From NCBI GenBank assembly GCA_001938485.1, contig MQRK01196200.1, positions 13,200 through 65,579 on the forward strand: a stretch of 52,380 bases of DNA, in the 5' to 3' direction. Within the stretch, counting starts at the first letter, position 1. Each line of letters opens with the position of its first letter. The notes under the pieces were generated by a model. It was not told the DNA's origin. It did no database searches and saw only the letters and a list, made by a program, of their open reading frames with translations. Positions 24,451 to 37,732 of this stretch are shown here, piece by piece. Source of the stretch: Girardia tigrina (lineage: Eukaryota). The position numbers and the translations under genes were made by a program.

Positions 24451-24974
24451 TCAATTTCAGTCAATGAATATTTTTCAACGAAAAGAAATCGATAATTGCT
24501 TGAAATCTTTATTTGATATCATAAAACTATAATAAACAGATGCATTATAACAATCCAAGAATAATGAATAGTAATTACGATTTTCAATTAATAAATACAA
24601 TTCATAACTTACATTTTTACATTTAACTTACAACTTCAAACTTTTTAATTTAATTAATTTACAATTTTCTAAAAATTTTATAAATTTACATTTATTAAAA
24701 AAACTAAATTAACTAATACACAAATAGTGCCAATTTATAAATAATAAATATAAATTTCAATTTATAACTAATTCTTTTTTAAATTTACATTTTTCCATTT
24801 ACAAAAAAACTTTTTAATTTAATTAATTTACATTTTTTTCTAAAATTTTATAAATTTACATTTACAAAAAACTCAATTAACCAATACACAAATTTCTCAA
24901 ACTTAAAATTTTTTTTAATTTAACCTTTTATATTCTCAAACACTATTTATATTTTATTATTATAAATGATGAAA

Positions 24975-25455
24975 TAATATATTAAAAAATTTTAATGACT
25001 GTACAGATTTATTATAATTATTATTATTTAATAATAATTTATAATATATATCTATTTATATGTTCTCAAATTTAGAATCTTAATGATATAAAGTTAATGA
25101 TTTATGAAAAAGAACTTTGTAAAAGTGATGCTTATTCAAATGTGTATGTTTTTTAATAAATATATTTTAATCTTTCTTTTGTTATTTATTTTTATTTTCA
25201 AAATATTGTTCAATTTTGAGACTGGAATCATTCTAATTTGGTTTAAAAGAAAAACAGGAAAGGAAAAATCACTTACAGGAAGAAAATACACCAACTAAAT
25301 ATATTTTGTTTATCTATATATTAGTTTTTAATAAGAATATGTTATTCACGATTTTGCCAGATCTTGAAGGGCGAGATCCTTCGATCACAAATAAAAATTT
25401 AATGTCCGTATATTCTGAGCTTAACATACTTATATAACTTTGCGACATCAGAATT
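24975..25455 (+). repeat. ~480-bp dispersed repeat; inverted copy at 38660-39155
   Basis: For example TTATTCACGAT.TTGCCAGATCTTG...ATATAACTTTGCGACATCA and AAAGTTAATGATTTAT..AAAAGAACTTTGT.AAAGTGATGCTTATTCAAATGTG match the reverse complement of the second copy. Confidence 0.85.
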
Positions 25456-26243
25456 AGGAACGTTTAAAGAATATATTATTATTGTTCATTAGAGAGTTTG
25501 TTGCCGTTGCCACTGAGTTGCCCCAGAGAAATGCTGTAATAATAGTAACAATGGAAGTCGTGCTGGGCCAGGTTTAAAAATTTTCTATTTTTCATGTTGT
25601 TCTAAAGGAAATAAAAAAATTTTTTACTTCATTTAAATGGACAATAATCGTGTTTTTTAAATACAAAGGAAATAATAATTATCGTTTCAAAGTTTCCCAA
25701 ATCGTAAAACAAATTCGTTTCAATTTTACATTTTTCACAATATCGTGAAAATAATCATTCGTGATATTTACAACATTAACAATAATAATTTGTGAAATAA
25801 CAATTTTTAAAATTTTCGATCTTCAGAACACTAATCAATTCAGTTTTAAAATCGTATTAAATTAATAGCAATACGATTTTACAAGTGTCAAAAAGAATTT
25901 CGATTCTTGACGATTTTTTAAAAACATAAAAAGTGATATTTTGAAAATCTCTGGATGACTATAACTCACTCTGATTGGTTAATTACTTAGAACGAGTGTA
26001 TTGGCTCAATAAAATTCATCATTTGAGATGAATCTTCAGGAAACGCGGTAAAACCCCAAATCAACATATTTGGTCAATCTTCGAATTCAGACAAAGAACT
26101 CTTTCTCTGGATTTTAATTTAAATCAATTCAACTCAACTGTGAATAAATATTTTAAGTCAATAATTAATTATTTTTTCTATTTTTGAAAATTTAATTATT
26201 TTAATTCAACATATTTAACTTTTCAAACTCACAGACAAAATAT

Positions 26244-26282
<39 letters not shown>

Positions 26283-26285
<3 letters not shown>

Positions 26286-28388
26286 GTCAAAGTTTCTTTG
26301 ATTTCTTCTTTGATAAGAGATTTTAAAGGATTCTCTTCAACCGTCGGAAGAGATGCAAAGTTTTCATTAGCAATATTTAAATTCCATAAATTAAGTTTTT
26401 CCGTAAACGCTTTTAACTTGCTGGAGATAGCGATAATGTTCTCCTGATAACCTTGTAAATCTAAATTTAGGCTGTTTAATTTGTCGAAAATTTCACTCAA
26501 AAATGTAACTCGTAACCACCAAACATCATTATTCAGGAAAAGAAAATGAATTTCTTCGCTATCAATAAATGCGATTACTTCATTTTTCATTAAAATAAAC
26601 CGATTTAAAACTTTTCCTATCGACAAACATCTGACTTCAGTGTGATAAAATAAATTCATACAATCGGAATCCATTGCTTCATAAAATGCTGAAATCATTC
26701 TCGATCTAAGAACATTTGATTTAACATAATTTACTATTTTGAGGACTTCATCTAGAGTTGTTGCAAAGATGGGAGGAACCTCCTTTGACACTAAAATTTC
26801 TCTATGAATCATGCAGTAAAAAAATTGATATTTGAATTTTTTGTTATGACATGTGCTATAAATCCCTTTTTTAAACCTTTCATAGCTGGAGCTCCATCCG
26901 TGCAGACGCTAATACAATTATCCCATCTCAAGTTATATTTCGTAACATTTTCATCAACTAATTCAAAAATACCCGCACCAGTCGTTCTTTGTTTTAATTC
27001 ATTACAAAAAAAGTAATTATTCACAATTTTTCCTGTATCAACGAACCTCAAAAATGCCAGCAACTGAGCTTTATTGCTAATATCTGTGCTTTCATCAAGC
27101 TGTATAGCCCATTTTCTTGAAGGGTCATTAAAACATTGTTTCATTTGCAACTCAATATCATCTGACATATCTACAATTCTTCTCGCAATAGTTTTTGATG
27201 ACAGTGGAATTTTCATTAACTTCTCCACAGCATTCGTTAACATACATTCAGCCGCAAATTTTTAATCAGGCAAGGTAATTTCCTCTGCTTCTGAGTGAGC
27301 TTTTTTTTCGAGCGATGAGTTGAGCTAGTGGGTAACTAGCTGTTTGTGCTTCATCTGACGTGGTCATAAATTTCTTGATTTTTTTTGATTGATTTTACAG
27401 ATTTGATCGTATATTTTTAAAATAGCTTATTGGATTATTTATCTACCCCCGATGATTTGTCTCAATATGGTGAAGTAGTTTACTTGTCAACATTGCTTCG
27501 ATGCTGAGAGTTTTTATGCAAATTATGCAAAACGGCAGTGATGGATCATTAACAGATTGTATAAATCCATATTTAAGATAATCTTCATCGTAATTTCGTT
27601 TTTTCCGGTTGATTTTATGATTTTCTTATTTGCACTGTTTTCGTTTGGATTTTGTTTATTACTGGCACCTTTTTAATCTCAAATTTCTCCATCTAGTTTT
27701 GAGAGAATTTAGGACACATAATATAAGAACGTTTCTTAATAATGTTTAATTAAAGTACCTTGATTAAAAAGTTAGTGAGAATCTCGCTAAAAATAAATTA
27801 TAAGCACTGGATTCTTGCGCCACAACAAATTATTTTTCACTGTTTTGTGTGATAAAATGACAACAAAAAGATACACAAAAATCATTATTATTTTGATTTG
27901 AAAAATACGTACAATTCTGATTATTTAAACAATTGTCAATATACTTGGTTTTTCAAAATTTAATATTGACTTTTTATTCTAATTTATTTTTGGTCCCCAG
28001 TTGCGAGGATTGACAAGATGGGGGACAAAAAATACTGATTAAATAAATAAAGAAAAAGTTAAAAGAAAAATTAAATATCACATTCCGCCGGACGGCATTA
28101 AGTAAATTAATTTAAAATTTAAATTAAATTAAAATTTAATGCTGAAGTTGTGGACACCACATACTGTTTTTTAACCAACAGATTTTACAGTGTGCGAAAC
28201 TTGCTGTGTGTTTTACAACGATTCAAAAATACGACTAATATTGCTACAGCAATACTTCAATAACTTGTTCAATAACAAGTTCAATAACTTTAACGATTTT
28301 AAATATTGTACAAAAATGTTCACGGCGCCCCCTGAATTTTTCGCAGCGCCCTTAGAATGTTTCGCGGCGCACCGGTTGCCCTACACTG
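26283..28388 (-). mobile_element. hAT Buster/Charlie transposon (ZBED5/SCAND3-like transposase pseudogene), 3'-truncated at (TA)n
   Basis: IQLDESTD, SVCTDGAPAM, (C)MIHRE, HTEVRCLSIG. The terminus CAGTGTAGGGCAACC abuts an 8-bp Charlie-type site ACCTAGAC (28389-96). Confidence 0.9.
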
Positions 28389-29025
28389 ACCTAGACCATC
28401 CTGAATTTTATAGATCAATTACTGAGATTAGTGGAAGGAAAAATGATTCAGTTGCATAGTGAACACTACTGGGAAAGACAGTTGTAGGAAAAATGGATAA
28501 AGAAAGAATAAAAATTCATATGCTCATTTCAATTAAAATTTGGACAGACAGATTTGGATAAAGTTATTTAGTAATACTATTGGGAAGTAGACACAAGTAT
28601 AAAGATTAAAGTACTAATTAGTTCAAAAGGTAAAGCAATTTTATCTGAAATTGAAACAACAATAAATCGTGATGAAGAACGGTATTCAGTAAAGTCTCCG
28701 TGAACTATAGAAAAAATAGGAATGTACAATAAACTATAGTAGAACTGGGTCGTCTTAATTTGCTGGGAAACAGATTTAAAAACGTAGAAGATCTAGACCA
28801 ATGATAAGGACGAACCATCTAGAAACATGAATTACATTACAACATTAGAAAAGTGTATGAAGAACATAACGAGAGAGCTGCGTGCGATCAGCCTGTAATT
28901 AGAATGGATAAAACTACAACTACAGTTAGAATCATATTTGTGGAAGCTGCTAAAACAAATGGAAAATCTCTGAGTGATATCATAAGCGATGGACCCAAAT
29001 TACAATGAGACTTAATAAAATTATT
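28389..29025 (+). mobile_element. BEL/Pao LTR retrotransposon remnant (end of protease to start of RT)
   Basis: LDHPEFY..TLLGKTVVG; QPVIRMDKTTTTVRIIF..AKTNGKSLSD...GPKLQ*DL. Confidence 0.75.
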
Positions 29026-29439
29026 CGAATCCAACGGATCATCTTAACAACATGTTCCTTATGATTAAGATTCACGACCCAATAGTTCAAGAATTCCCAC
29101 GCGGAAGTACATCCTTTTTTTAAAAATTAAAACTGCGATCGGATTATACACTCCATCATTTACTAAGGAGGAAGGTTGGCCTATATTAAAATAGGATTAG
29201 TGACTTGTTTGAAGAATATTGGAAAACAGAATTACTGCCTGTTTCAGTTTGATTTCCGAACAGAGAATATTCTTATGAAGTTTAATGAAAAATAATTGAA
29301 ATAAATTTTTAATTTTGAAATTAACTTATTAGTTTCATATAGAAATAAATTCCTTCAACAATAATGGATTCTCCTGAAGAAGAATAATGAACATTTTCGG
29401 GATAAACGAAATCGCATGTTGTTATTATATAAATTGATT

Positions 29440-30880
29440 CAGGGCTCGAAGTGAGCCGGGATGTGCCGGTATGCCATAGCGCCACTTGTTTTCGAGGCGG
29501 TATGACATACAGGCACTTATTTGATTTTAAGGCAGTATGATTTTTAAGGGGAATACCGGCTCATACCGGCACTTGATTTTCCTAAGGCTTAAAAATTGGA
29601 AAGCATTTATTAAGGAATGAATTATATGGCTACGCTTACGTCTCACCTCAACTGCTATATATGATGCCTCACACAAACAAACGCACACACAAGAACAGCA
29701 TAATGTAAGCAGGAGTGTAACTACCCCTAACGACTAACCGTAATGTCTTACTCTCTCTTTCTATCGCTCCCTGCCACCACTATCTCTCTCACATATACAC
29801 AAACCTCACACACGAGTGTGTGCGCTGTAGATAGAGTAGTAGATAAATCGGGGTAGTGGAAAGGATGCCGACGTTGGTGTCGATTGCATTTACAAAATAT
29901 GTCAGCTCTAGATAGTTTATTGTTGACTGGACACTTAGTGAGATCTGTAGTTACTATAGTTACCATTACACACGCTGGTGAATATCTTTATTGTGTAGTC
30001 AATAAGATTTAAACGGAGAATGGTTTTTAGTTTCCCTCAGGGTTCGTTAATGTGTGGGGGTTGTATATAATTTTGGGTGAGCGGAAATGAAAAGAAACTG
30101 TAGAAATAAATACTCGAATTAGATAAACCAAATGTCAACAAGGGAGTATTTATTTCTACTTACAAAAGTAATTATGGGCAATTAATTGCTAACGTTTAAC
30201 TACAATATCACGAATAAAAAAANNNNNNNNNNNNNNNNNNNNNNNNNNNNNNNNNNNNNNNNNNNNNNNNNNNNNNNNNNNNNNNNNNNNNNNNNNNNNN
30301 NNNNNNNNNNNNNNNNNNNNNNNAGAATTTCAATAAATAGGTAGTTCGTATTTGGATCATCAAAATAGTCTAAGAATGACGAAAATGACAAAATAGTTTT
30401 CCCGGAGTTGATCGGCAAGGTCTGAATTATTCTTATGGAAAACTGGTTTGGATTGTTGAACGACAAGTAATGGCTTTGACTGATTGAAGTTGCACGGATA
30501 AAATCCTGATAATTATTCGACAAGGTATTTGGATCGACGATGTCGCATTAACTGAGTTCTACGACTAATATTTTTTAACTTCATTTTTGTCGATTATTGT
30601 AATCAATTTCATCGATTTCTTGTTTTTTTATATATATTATTTTGTATATATATATATAATTTTATATACAATTTATTATGCATAATTCACATATAATAAT
30701 TTATATATAATAATTGTCTGGGTCACTACAGAAACCACTGTTTTTTTAAATATATTAAAAAATCGGGGAGGGGGCGTGGGAGTGTACGTCAGGGTGTTGG
30801 CATTGGGCAGCGGAGGAGCAAAATCACTGTATGGCCGGTTTCCGCATACCGGCACTTATATTTTCCCACTTCAAGCACTG
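29440..30880. mobile_element. Non-autonomous hAT element with 8-bp TSD AATTGATT
   Basis: TIRs CAGGGCTCGAAGTG and CACTTCAAGCACTG; TSD at 29432-39 and 30881-88; sub-terminal (AT)ACCGGCACTT repeats; the empty site is visible in a paralogous segment at ~31915. Confidence 0.9.
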
Positions 30881-31534
30881 AATTGATTTATATTCATTTA
30901 TTTTGCTTCATCGTACAAATATCATCAATCCTGCTTTCCGAAGCACAAGACATCTTGAACAGCAAAGTCTAATTATAGGGGTATTGTTTAAAAAATCCTT
31001 TAAATAGGGTCAATTTAAACAATAAAACGTTTTGAATTTTTAAGTATAAATATATTAAATTAAAACAAATGTTTTAAAATATCAATTGTTTTAAAACAAT
31101 AATTATTTCAAAACTAATCGAATTCGTAAAACTTATGAAAAATTTTAAGTAATGTCTATGTTTAAATTTCGTGTGGTCAAATGTCACGGAACCATTTTAT
31201 ATCACCAACGATCAAAGTGCAAAATCAATTAAATGTTCTTAGTTTATATTATCGATTTATTAATTATATTATTCTACTTACATATCCCTAAAAAAAGACG
31301 GTATTTAATAACTACAAGAAGGATGTAAACTATCAAAAATTAGGTTTATAAAACTCAAAACTTATAAATTTCTTTTTTCAAATTCACAAATGGTACTATT
31401 TAAATCTCATTTTACTGTTCATTTAGCAAACCATCCTTGGATTCTATGGATGCTGAACTACTTTGTTTTGTCATCATTATATGGCTATCTGTACATTTTT
31501 CAGGATAAGGATCTGCAATTCGTCTTTCCCAAGA

Positions 31535-31940
31535 TTGTAACTTTGATTTTCTAAAGTTTCATTATTGCATAGATTATGTTTTTCTTGTTAAACGGTGTCC
31601 GTTTTAATATCCTTAACATTTACTTTGGATTTTCATTAATCATGTTAGACTCTAACAGTTAGAGTATTTTGTTTGATTCTTCAAGTTATAATTATTTTCG
31701 GCTCTTTTATCATTTTAGCATGATCGTTTACTTTTACTTCCAAACTTTTTACTTTTTTACTTTTACTAAACTAGTTCATTTCCACGTTTAATTTTGAAAT
31801 TAATTAATATTTTAGTTTCATATAGCAATGAATTCCTTCAACAACAATGGATTCTCGTGAAGAAGAATAAGGGACCTTTTCTGGTTATAGGAATTTGCAT
31901 GTTATTATTATTTAAATTGATTTCATGTTCATTTACTATG
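31535..31940 (+). repeat. Locally duplicated blocks (31535-31740 ~ 33528-33716; 31790-31940 ~ 29310-29439 + 30889-30905)
   Basis: Shared TTGTAACTTTGATTTTCTAAAGTTTCATTATT... and AATTCCTTCAACAA.AATGGATTCTC.TGAAGAAGAATAA... Confidence 0.85.
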
Positions 31941-32338
31941 TTTTATACATCATAATTTGTATTGTTTTAAAGGTTTTATTCATATAAAATTAGTCCCAGA
32001 TGATATATTTCGTCCATCCACAGGAAAAAATGTGTCTCTAATATAAATGATTAAATATCAATTTTTAAATGTCCGTCTTAGGGGACTTGATTTAATACAA
32101 CTGAATTTTATACAAAAATAGATTTAACCAGCACGAACTTTCAAATGCTACTAACGTTTTGTTATTAATGATTAAGTTGGTGTACAAAAAGTATTGTTTC
32201 TGACAAAAGAATTGTTTTATATGTTCCAGGTAATTTTTATATTCCGTTTACTAAAATGCAAATTGTTTTTTATTTTTGTGCTATGACTAAAGACTTCACA
32301 ACATACTGTAGATAAACGTACCCATTCTGCACCATAAA

Positions 32339-33500
32339 CCCTTTGAGTCACAACTAGCGCGTTTTCTCGAAAATTATATACATGAAAGAGAATTATGTGC
32401 ATAAATGCTAAACATATCTACTTTTGAAAAGAAGTCGACAAAGTGCGCACAATAAATATTTTTTTGAAAATTTCGAAAATTCATATAAATTTAATATAAA
32501 TCAATATAAATCAAAAGAAGTGGCATAAATCAGCATTATCAATACTTTCTGTCATAGTCCAATACAGTATAATAAGGTATGAAACAGTCTGGAACACACA
32601 AAGGTACCTCATTTAAACATTGTTCTCACGTAAAGGATGTTTAACATTGAAAACCACGTTCACTACACACAGAACATCTCGGTCTTAGATGATGACCATA
32701 GAAACTGCGCGGAAGCAGCGATGGGAAATATCGTTCAACAAGTCTAGGCTAAACTGCCTGATATTTTGGTTTGTGTAAGTGTACTCTTTTACCCAATACT
32801 TCGTGTTTCTCAAATATTTTTCAAGCCACTATCAACTTAAAATCGAAGAATTGCATAGAAAATGTAGTTCTCTTTGTGAAGATAGTATATGAATTAAAGA
32901 GAGCAAGATCGATAAACAGCAAGAAAACTCTTTTAATATCATTTTACCAACTTTCTAATACATACCATAAACGAAATCTGCATATCAACTTTATCCCCGT
33001 ATTCATGAAGTAATTATAATAAATCACACATGTTGGTTTCCTAATGGGACTGTTGTCCATATTTCATTTTCCCGAATCAGAAATTGTCGGCTGGTGCAAT
33101 AAAGTAAGCATATAAACATCTCTTTAATCTTTCCACTTTAAAGCAAGAATGTCCTCTTATTTGCATGTTCAATCTGTTCCTTACATAACTGTCTAAACTT
33201 GGAAAGCCTACAATATTTTTACGAACTGTTCCACAAGCATTTATTAGATACTGCTCGAGAATACAAAATAATTTTGAACTTGTACACCATTTTTCTACAT
33301 AAAGATTATGACCTATGTTCAAAAATGTTTACATTAGTGTCATTACGATCGATACGCTAATTCCTTTTGTTTCTGCCATTATTATTTCAGTCTGACTACC
33401 CACGCAAATAATAAAATCAAGTGAAACTATCGAACCACAGTCAACAAGTAAGAACATTCATACACAAATCGATTGCGTTTGGATGGGATGAATTTTTTTT
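32339..33500 (-). mobile_element. piggyBac (PGBD4-like) transposase 3' remnant with terminus
   Basis: IPSKRNRF, GHNLYVEKWCTS, ACGTVRKN, KWKD*RDVYML, and the C-terminal RCSVC...EQC..VPLCVPDCF. (T)AAA-CCCTTTGAGT resembles a TTAA-CCC terminus at 32339. Confidence 0.8.
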
Positions 33501-34768
33501 ATTGTTAACATATGACTGTCTATTCATTTTTGTAACTTTGATTTTCTAAAGTTTCATTATTCCCTAGATTATGTTTTTCTTGTTAAACGATCTCCGTGTT
33601 AGTATCCTTAACACTTACTTTTGTATTTTCATCTATCATGTTTGAGTTTTTTGTTTGATTCTTCAACTCATAATTTTTTTCAACTTTATCATTTTTAGCA
33701 TGATTGTTTACTTTTAATTTTAAAAAGGAACAAAAACATTAACTGAAATGTTTAAGGTCCACGTTAATCTGTTCATAAAAACAAAAATAAATATAAATTA
33801 TTTAAATGTAAAATTATTTTAGGCTTGAAATATCAATTAGATTCAATTTTATGGTTGTATGTTACAATTGTTTCTTAAATAATAATATAAATGATATTAT
33901 ATAATATATGATATATTATTTTATAAAAAACAATTTTTAAAGGGTGGTTAGTAAAAAAATTATAATAAACGCAAATAATAGAAAAACAATGAGTGATTTA
34001 CAAGAAATGTCCTCGGATCAGGTGAGTCAAAAGACAAACAATATTTATAATATATAACTTTCAGATACTCTGTTTAGATGTTATGCAACGATGTCTCTTT
34101 TAACGAAAAAATGTAGATTATTCGGGGGGCCGAAATTGATAGATGATTATCTCCGATTAGATCAGGAAACGTAAGATTGTTGAAAAGGTATAGCTAGAAT
34201 TGAATAGAATTGATGACTGAGAAGAACATACATAAGAAGAAGAATGTACTGTATTAATTTTACAATAGTGCAAGGAGAGATTCACAGTTTCAAGAAAAAT
34301 AAATACGGAGAAATTCGATGTTGGTTGTTGGCCAACTCGAAATTCACTGGATATTACTATAGACAATTTAAAATAATATAATAATATATTTAAAAATATA
34401 TTTATTTCAGAATATATATATATATATATATATATATTCTTTAGATATTAATTTTTTTTAAAAATTACTAATTTAATATAAAATGAATTTATACAATAAA
34501 TGTTTATCAGAATTTGTAAAATTATGAACAAATATACTTTAGTTTCTATTTTTAACTTTTTATTTATTTATTAATTTTTTATTTTATTAGTACACATCAT
34601 TTATTAGAAAACGATTTTTCAGATTGCTAAAATGTTTTGCATATTTGAAAGATTAATTAAATTATATTTAAGTGAAACAAATATTATTCAAAGATTTTAT
34701 TTTTATGAAAGCACAAATATTCTTCTAAAAAATCAATAATTGAAACCAATCGTTATTTAAAAGGTTCA

Positions 34769-36001
34769 TCAGTACCTTCTGTTTTGATTCCTTTCACAAT
34801 CTCTTCTTGATCTTGATGTCGAACAATCTCTTTTATAAGTATTATTATAATGATCTTGCTGTTCTTCATAACGATAATTTGTGTTTCGCGATTGATTTCT
34901 TTCATCACATTCATTATATTTATTTGAATTTATTCTATCATAATTATATTCGTCATAATTTCTTTTGTAATCTTTATTTACTTTATTTCTATCGTAAAAA
35001 TCATCATAATTGTTTCCTCTTTCTTTTCTACTGTTATTGTATAATTCATTTTCGTATTTTCTTTCATTATAATAATAATCTTCTCTTTTTCTTCTATCAT
35101 TTCTATCATAACTTTCATTTCTATATTCTTTTGTCTCTCTTTTGTATCTGAATTCTGATGTTTTTAATTTCTCATTATCCTTATATTTATCGCTATTGTA
35201 TTCCTCATATTTGTTTATTATTTCACATTCTCTCTTTACTTTCTTTGAAGATTCTTCTAAATTTCTTTCGTTTTCTGATGTTTGTGAGTAATTTCTTTTT
35301 CGATTTTGTCTTTCAATTTGTTCGTTTTGATATTTATCTTTTACGTTATTATTATTATTGTGAAATTTATCTTTTTTGTATCTTTTGTCTTCGAAATNNN
35401 NNNNNNNNNNNNNNNNNNNNNNNNNNNNNNNNNNNNNNNNNNNNNNNNNNNNNNNNNNNNNNNNNNNNNNNNNNNNNNNNNNNNNNNNNNNNNNATGTTT
35501 TCCGTCAGATGTTGAAATATGTTTTTTATTTTCTTTTTGATATTCTTTGAATATATCTTTTTCACAAACTTTTTTATAAGTACTAAATGTATTTAGGATT
35601 TGATCAGAAGAAAATTTTTTGAGAGCTTCGCAATATTTGATCCAATTGTTTTCATTAAAACCAAAATTAAAAAATTCCGATAGATTTGCTCCAGGTTCTT
35701 CCCAAGGCTTTTTGTCTAAAGTTCGTATATCAAATTCGACTGTAGAAACATTATTGATATTTCCAGGATGATCTAGATCTATAAAATCGTTTTTTGAATA
35801 TACTTTCTGTTGGAAAGGTTTACATTTATTTTTGAAATTGGTAAACTTCTTCGTATTGACCTTCAATGGTTCTACAGATACATTTTCTGGTACCTTAGTT
35901 ATAATCTCGATGTCGTTATCGGACTCGTAATCATACAAGTCAAGTGTACTTTCCTCATTCAATCCTTCGACAATTGTTTCTATTTTATTGGAATTTGACA
36001 T
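34769..36001 (-). CDS. FIP1: Single-exon FIP1-like protein (copy B; spans an N gap)
   Basis: IDLDHPGNINNVSTVEFDIRTLDKKPWEEPGANLSEFFNFGFNENNWIKYCEALK, paralogous to 10879-11976, with an RE/D-rich tail. Frame continuity across the gap is assumed. Confidence 0.8.
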   Translation of the reverse strand: MSNSNKIETIVEGLNEESTLDLYDYESDNDIEIITKVPENVSVEPLKVNTKKFTNFKNKCKPFQQKVYSKNDFIDLDHPGNINNVSTVEFDIRTLDKKPWEEPGANLSEFFNFGFNENNWIKYCEALKKFSSDQILNTFSTYKKVCEKDIFKEYQKENKKHISTSDGKHXXXXXXXXXXXXXXXXXXXXXXXXXXXXXXXXXFEDKRYKKDKFHNNNNNVKDKYQNEQIERQNRKRNYSQTSENERNLEESSKKVKRECEIINKYEEYNSDKYKDNEKLKTSEFRYKRETKEYRNESYDRNDRRKREDYYYNERKYENELYNNSRKERGNNYDDFYDRNKVNKDYKRNYDEYNYDRINSNKYNECDERNQSRNTNYRYEEQQDHYNNTYKRDCSTSRSRRDCERNQNRRY

Positions 36002-36626
36002 TTTTCGATTTTTAACTGAAATTGTTGTATATAAAATATCTTATACAAAAAGATGTATGGGAAGATAAAATAAATTAATTATATTTATCCAACATGTAAT
36101 TGGTTAAAATTAAAATTAAAATAATATTTTAAACAATTACATATGTACTTTTTATGTCAAATATTATAAGTATGAAATATTTCTCAAATTTATGTCTACT
36201 TTTTACATTTTTGGATACTAATTTCAAAAAATCTCTTTTACTATACCTTTTTGGTCAACACGAATAGATTCACCCTTATTAATTTAAACCTATTGCTTTT
36301 TGTGAAGTGTTAGGTTGCTGTAGATTTGACCATTTTGAGGTAAGAAAGATTAGAAGGTTTTTGGATGACACTTTCTGTTTTGTAAAAAAATATATATCAT
36401 TGACAAAGAAATCTGAAACAGAAATTCTTTCATGATGAAATTAAAAAAGCACGGAAGAATAAATCCTTAACCGTATCTCAGTCAAAGTCTTACTCCGCCA
36501 CCGGTAACTTCTTGATACTGACACCAAATCTTCTTAAACGGCACATAATCTAATCTCTCTACGTCACAGTAATCAAACCTCGAGTTTCTCGTTTTCTATT
36601 AATCCACCAAATGTTCATTCACAACA

Positions 36627-37068
36627 TTGACAAAATTCTTTTTCCATAAATTCCCAAAATTTCGAATCGATTTCTCACAAAAATATCGAATTATCCAAAT
36701 GCTCATTATCATCGCAATTATTATTATTCGAATTGCCAATAAAGGCGACGGCTCAAACGAAATCGCCAAATCAAATTCATCGAATTTCTCTCACGTCAAT
36801 CAATCAATCAAATCAAATCGATCAGTCGATTATTCGTGCAACATTCTCTCGGTTGCTAATTTGCTCAAGTACGCCGAAGAAAACCAATATCGGAACGGAG
36901 TGCCGAAAATCGTCCACTTCATCTATAAGCACAGCTTCATCCCCGTCCAGTACTTCCCGCTCATTAAACGCTGCATGAAAATCAATTACGATGTGAAATT
37001 CGTTTTCTGAACCGACAGTTTAATCACAGCTCTCATCGTCAAATATTTCCCAGAATTGTTGTCATTAA
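36627..37068 (+). pseudogene. 5' fragment of a GT32 (DXD sugar-binding, OCH1-like) glycosyltransferase
   Basis: Type II TM segment (MLIIIAIIIIRI), stem, then VPKIVHFIY...IKRCMKIN..KFVF*TDS..LIVKYFPELL; truncated before the DXD motif. Confidence 0.7.
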
Positions 37069-37155
37069 AACAGAAACAAAATCTGATTATTATTGTGAAA
37101 ATAAAAACAGAAATTTTCTGCATTTTTAGAATTTGAGATATATTGACGAATTTGT

Positions 37156-37230
37156 ATGCGGCTCGTGTTCTTATTGTCGATTGTGCTGTGTTTGGGCGAG
37201 TGTGTTCGTTTTCGGAGTTTGTTTTGAGTG
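37156..37230 (+). pseudogene. Signal-peptide-like 5' fragment of an unidentified secreted protein
   Basis: MRLVFLLSIVLCLGECVRF. Confidence 0.35.
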
Positions 37231-37537
37231 GATTTTTTGATCCATGGTATAAAAATCAGAAATCACAGTGGTGAATTCTGCGGTTGGTTCAGAAAGCTTT
37301 TGATTGGCCGAATTTTTTTTGAATCGATTCGAACTTTTCTCATATTTTTCGCTTTGTTTGTTCGAACTACTTCGATTGTTTTGGAGCGAATTTTATTTTG
37401 AATTGATATCAAAAGTCACCATTAAAAAAATTGTTTGCGAGAAAAAATAAATTGTTTTGCGTGCAAGTTTGAATTTTTTTTGTTCTGTCGTGAAGAGTCG
37501 CTATTTTTTGAATATTGAATTGTTTTTGAATCAAATA

Positions 37538-37725
37538 ATGACAGATTCAGATAAATTAAATTCAGACAGCATTATTGCCCATCTCTTGGAAGTTCGTGGT
37601 TCAAGTCCGAAAAAAAATGTTCAATTGACCGAAAAGGAATAGCGGGATTTAAAAATAAAAAAATCAACCGCATTGTTTATGGATGAACTATTGAAGATCA
37701 AATTTATATGCGCCCATTATAAATC
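37538..37725 (+). pseudogene. PP1: 5' fragment of PP1 catalytic subunit (with apparent 5' UTR)
   Basis: [34 protein letters not shown] matches the PP1 N-terminus (MSDSEKLNLDSIIGRLLEV.GSRPGKNVQLTENE). Confidence 0.85.
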
Positions 37726-37732
37726 AAAAGAA

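Noticed and set aside
24590-24900. AT-rich imperfect tandem repeats and (TA)n tracts (also ~26250, ~34413, ~39053)
   Set aside because: Ordinary low-complexity DNA for such an AT-rich genome.
29025-29125. ETS-domain remnant on the minus strand (AWEFL...MIRW)
   Set aside because: Too short, and it needs frameshifts to fit; not supportable without a search.
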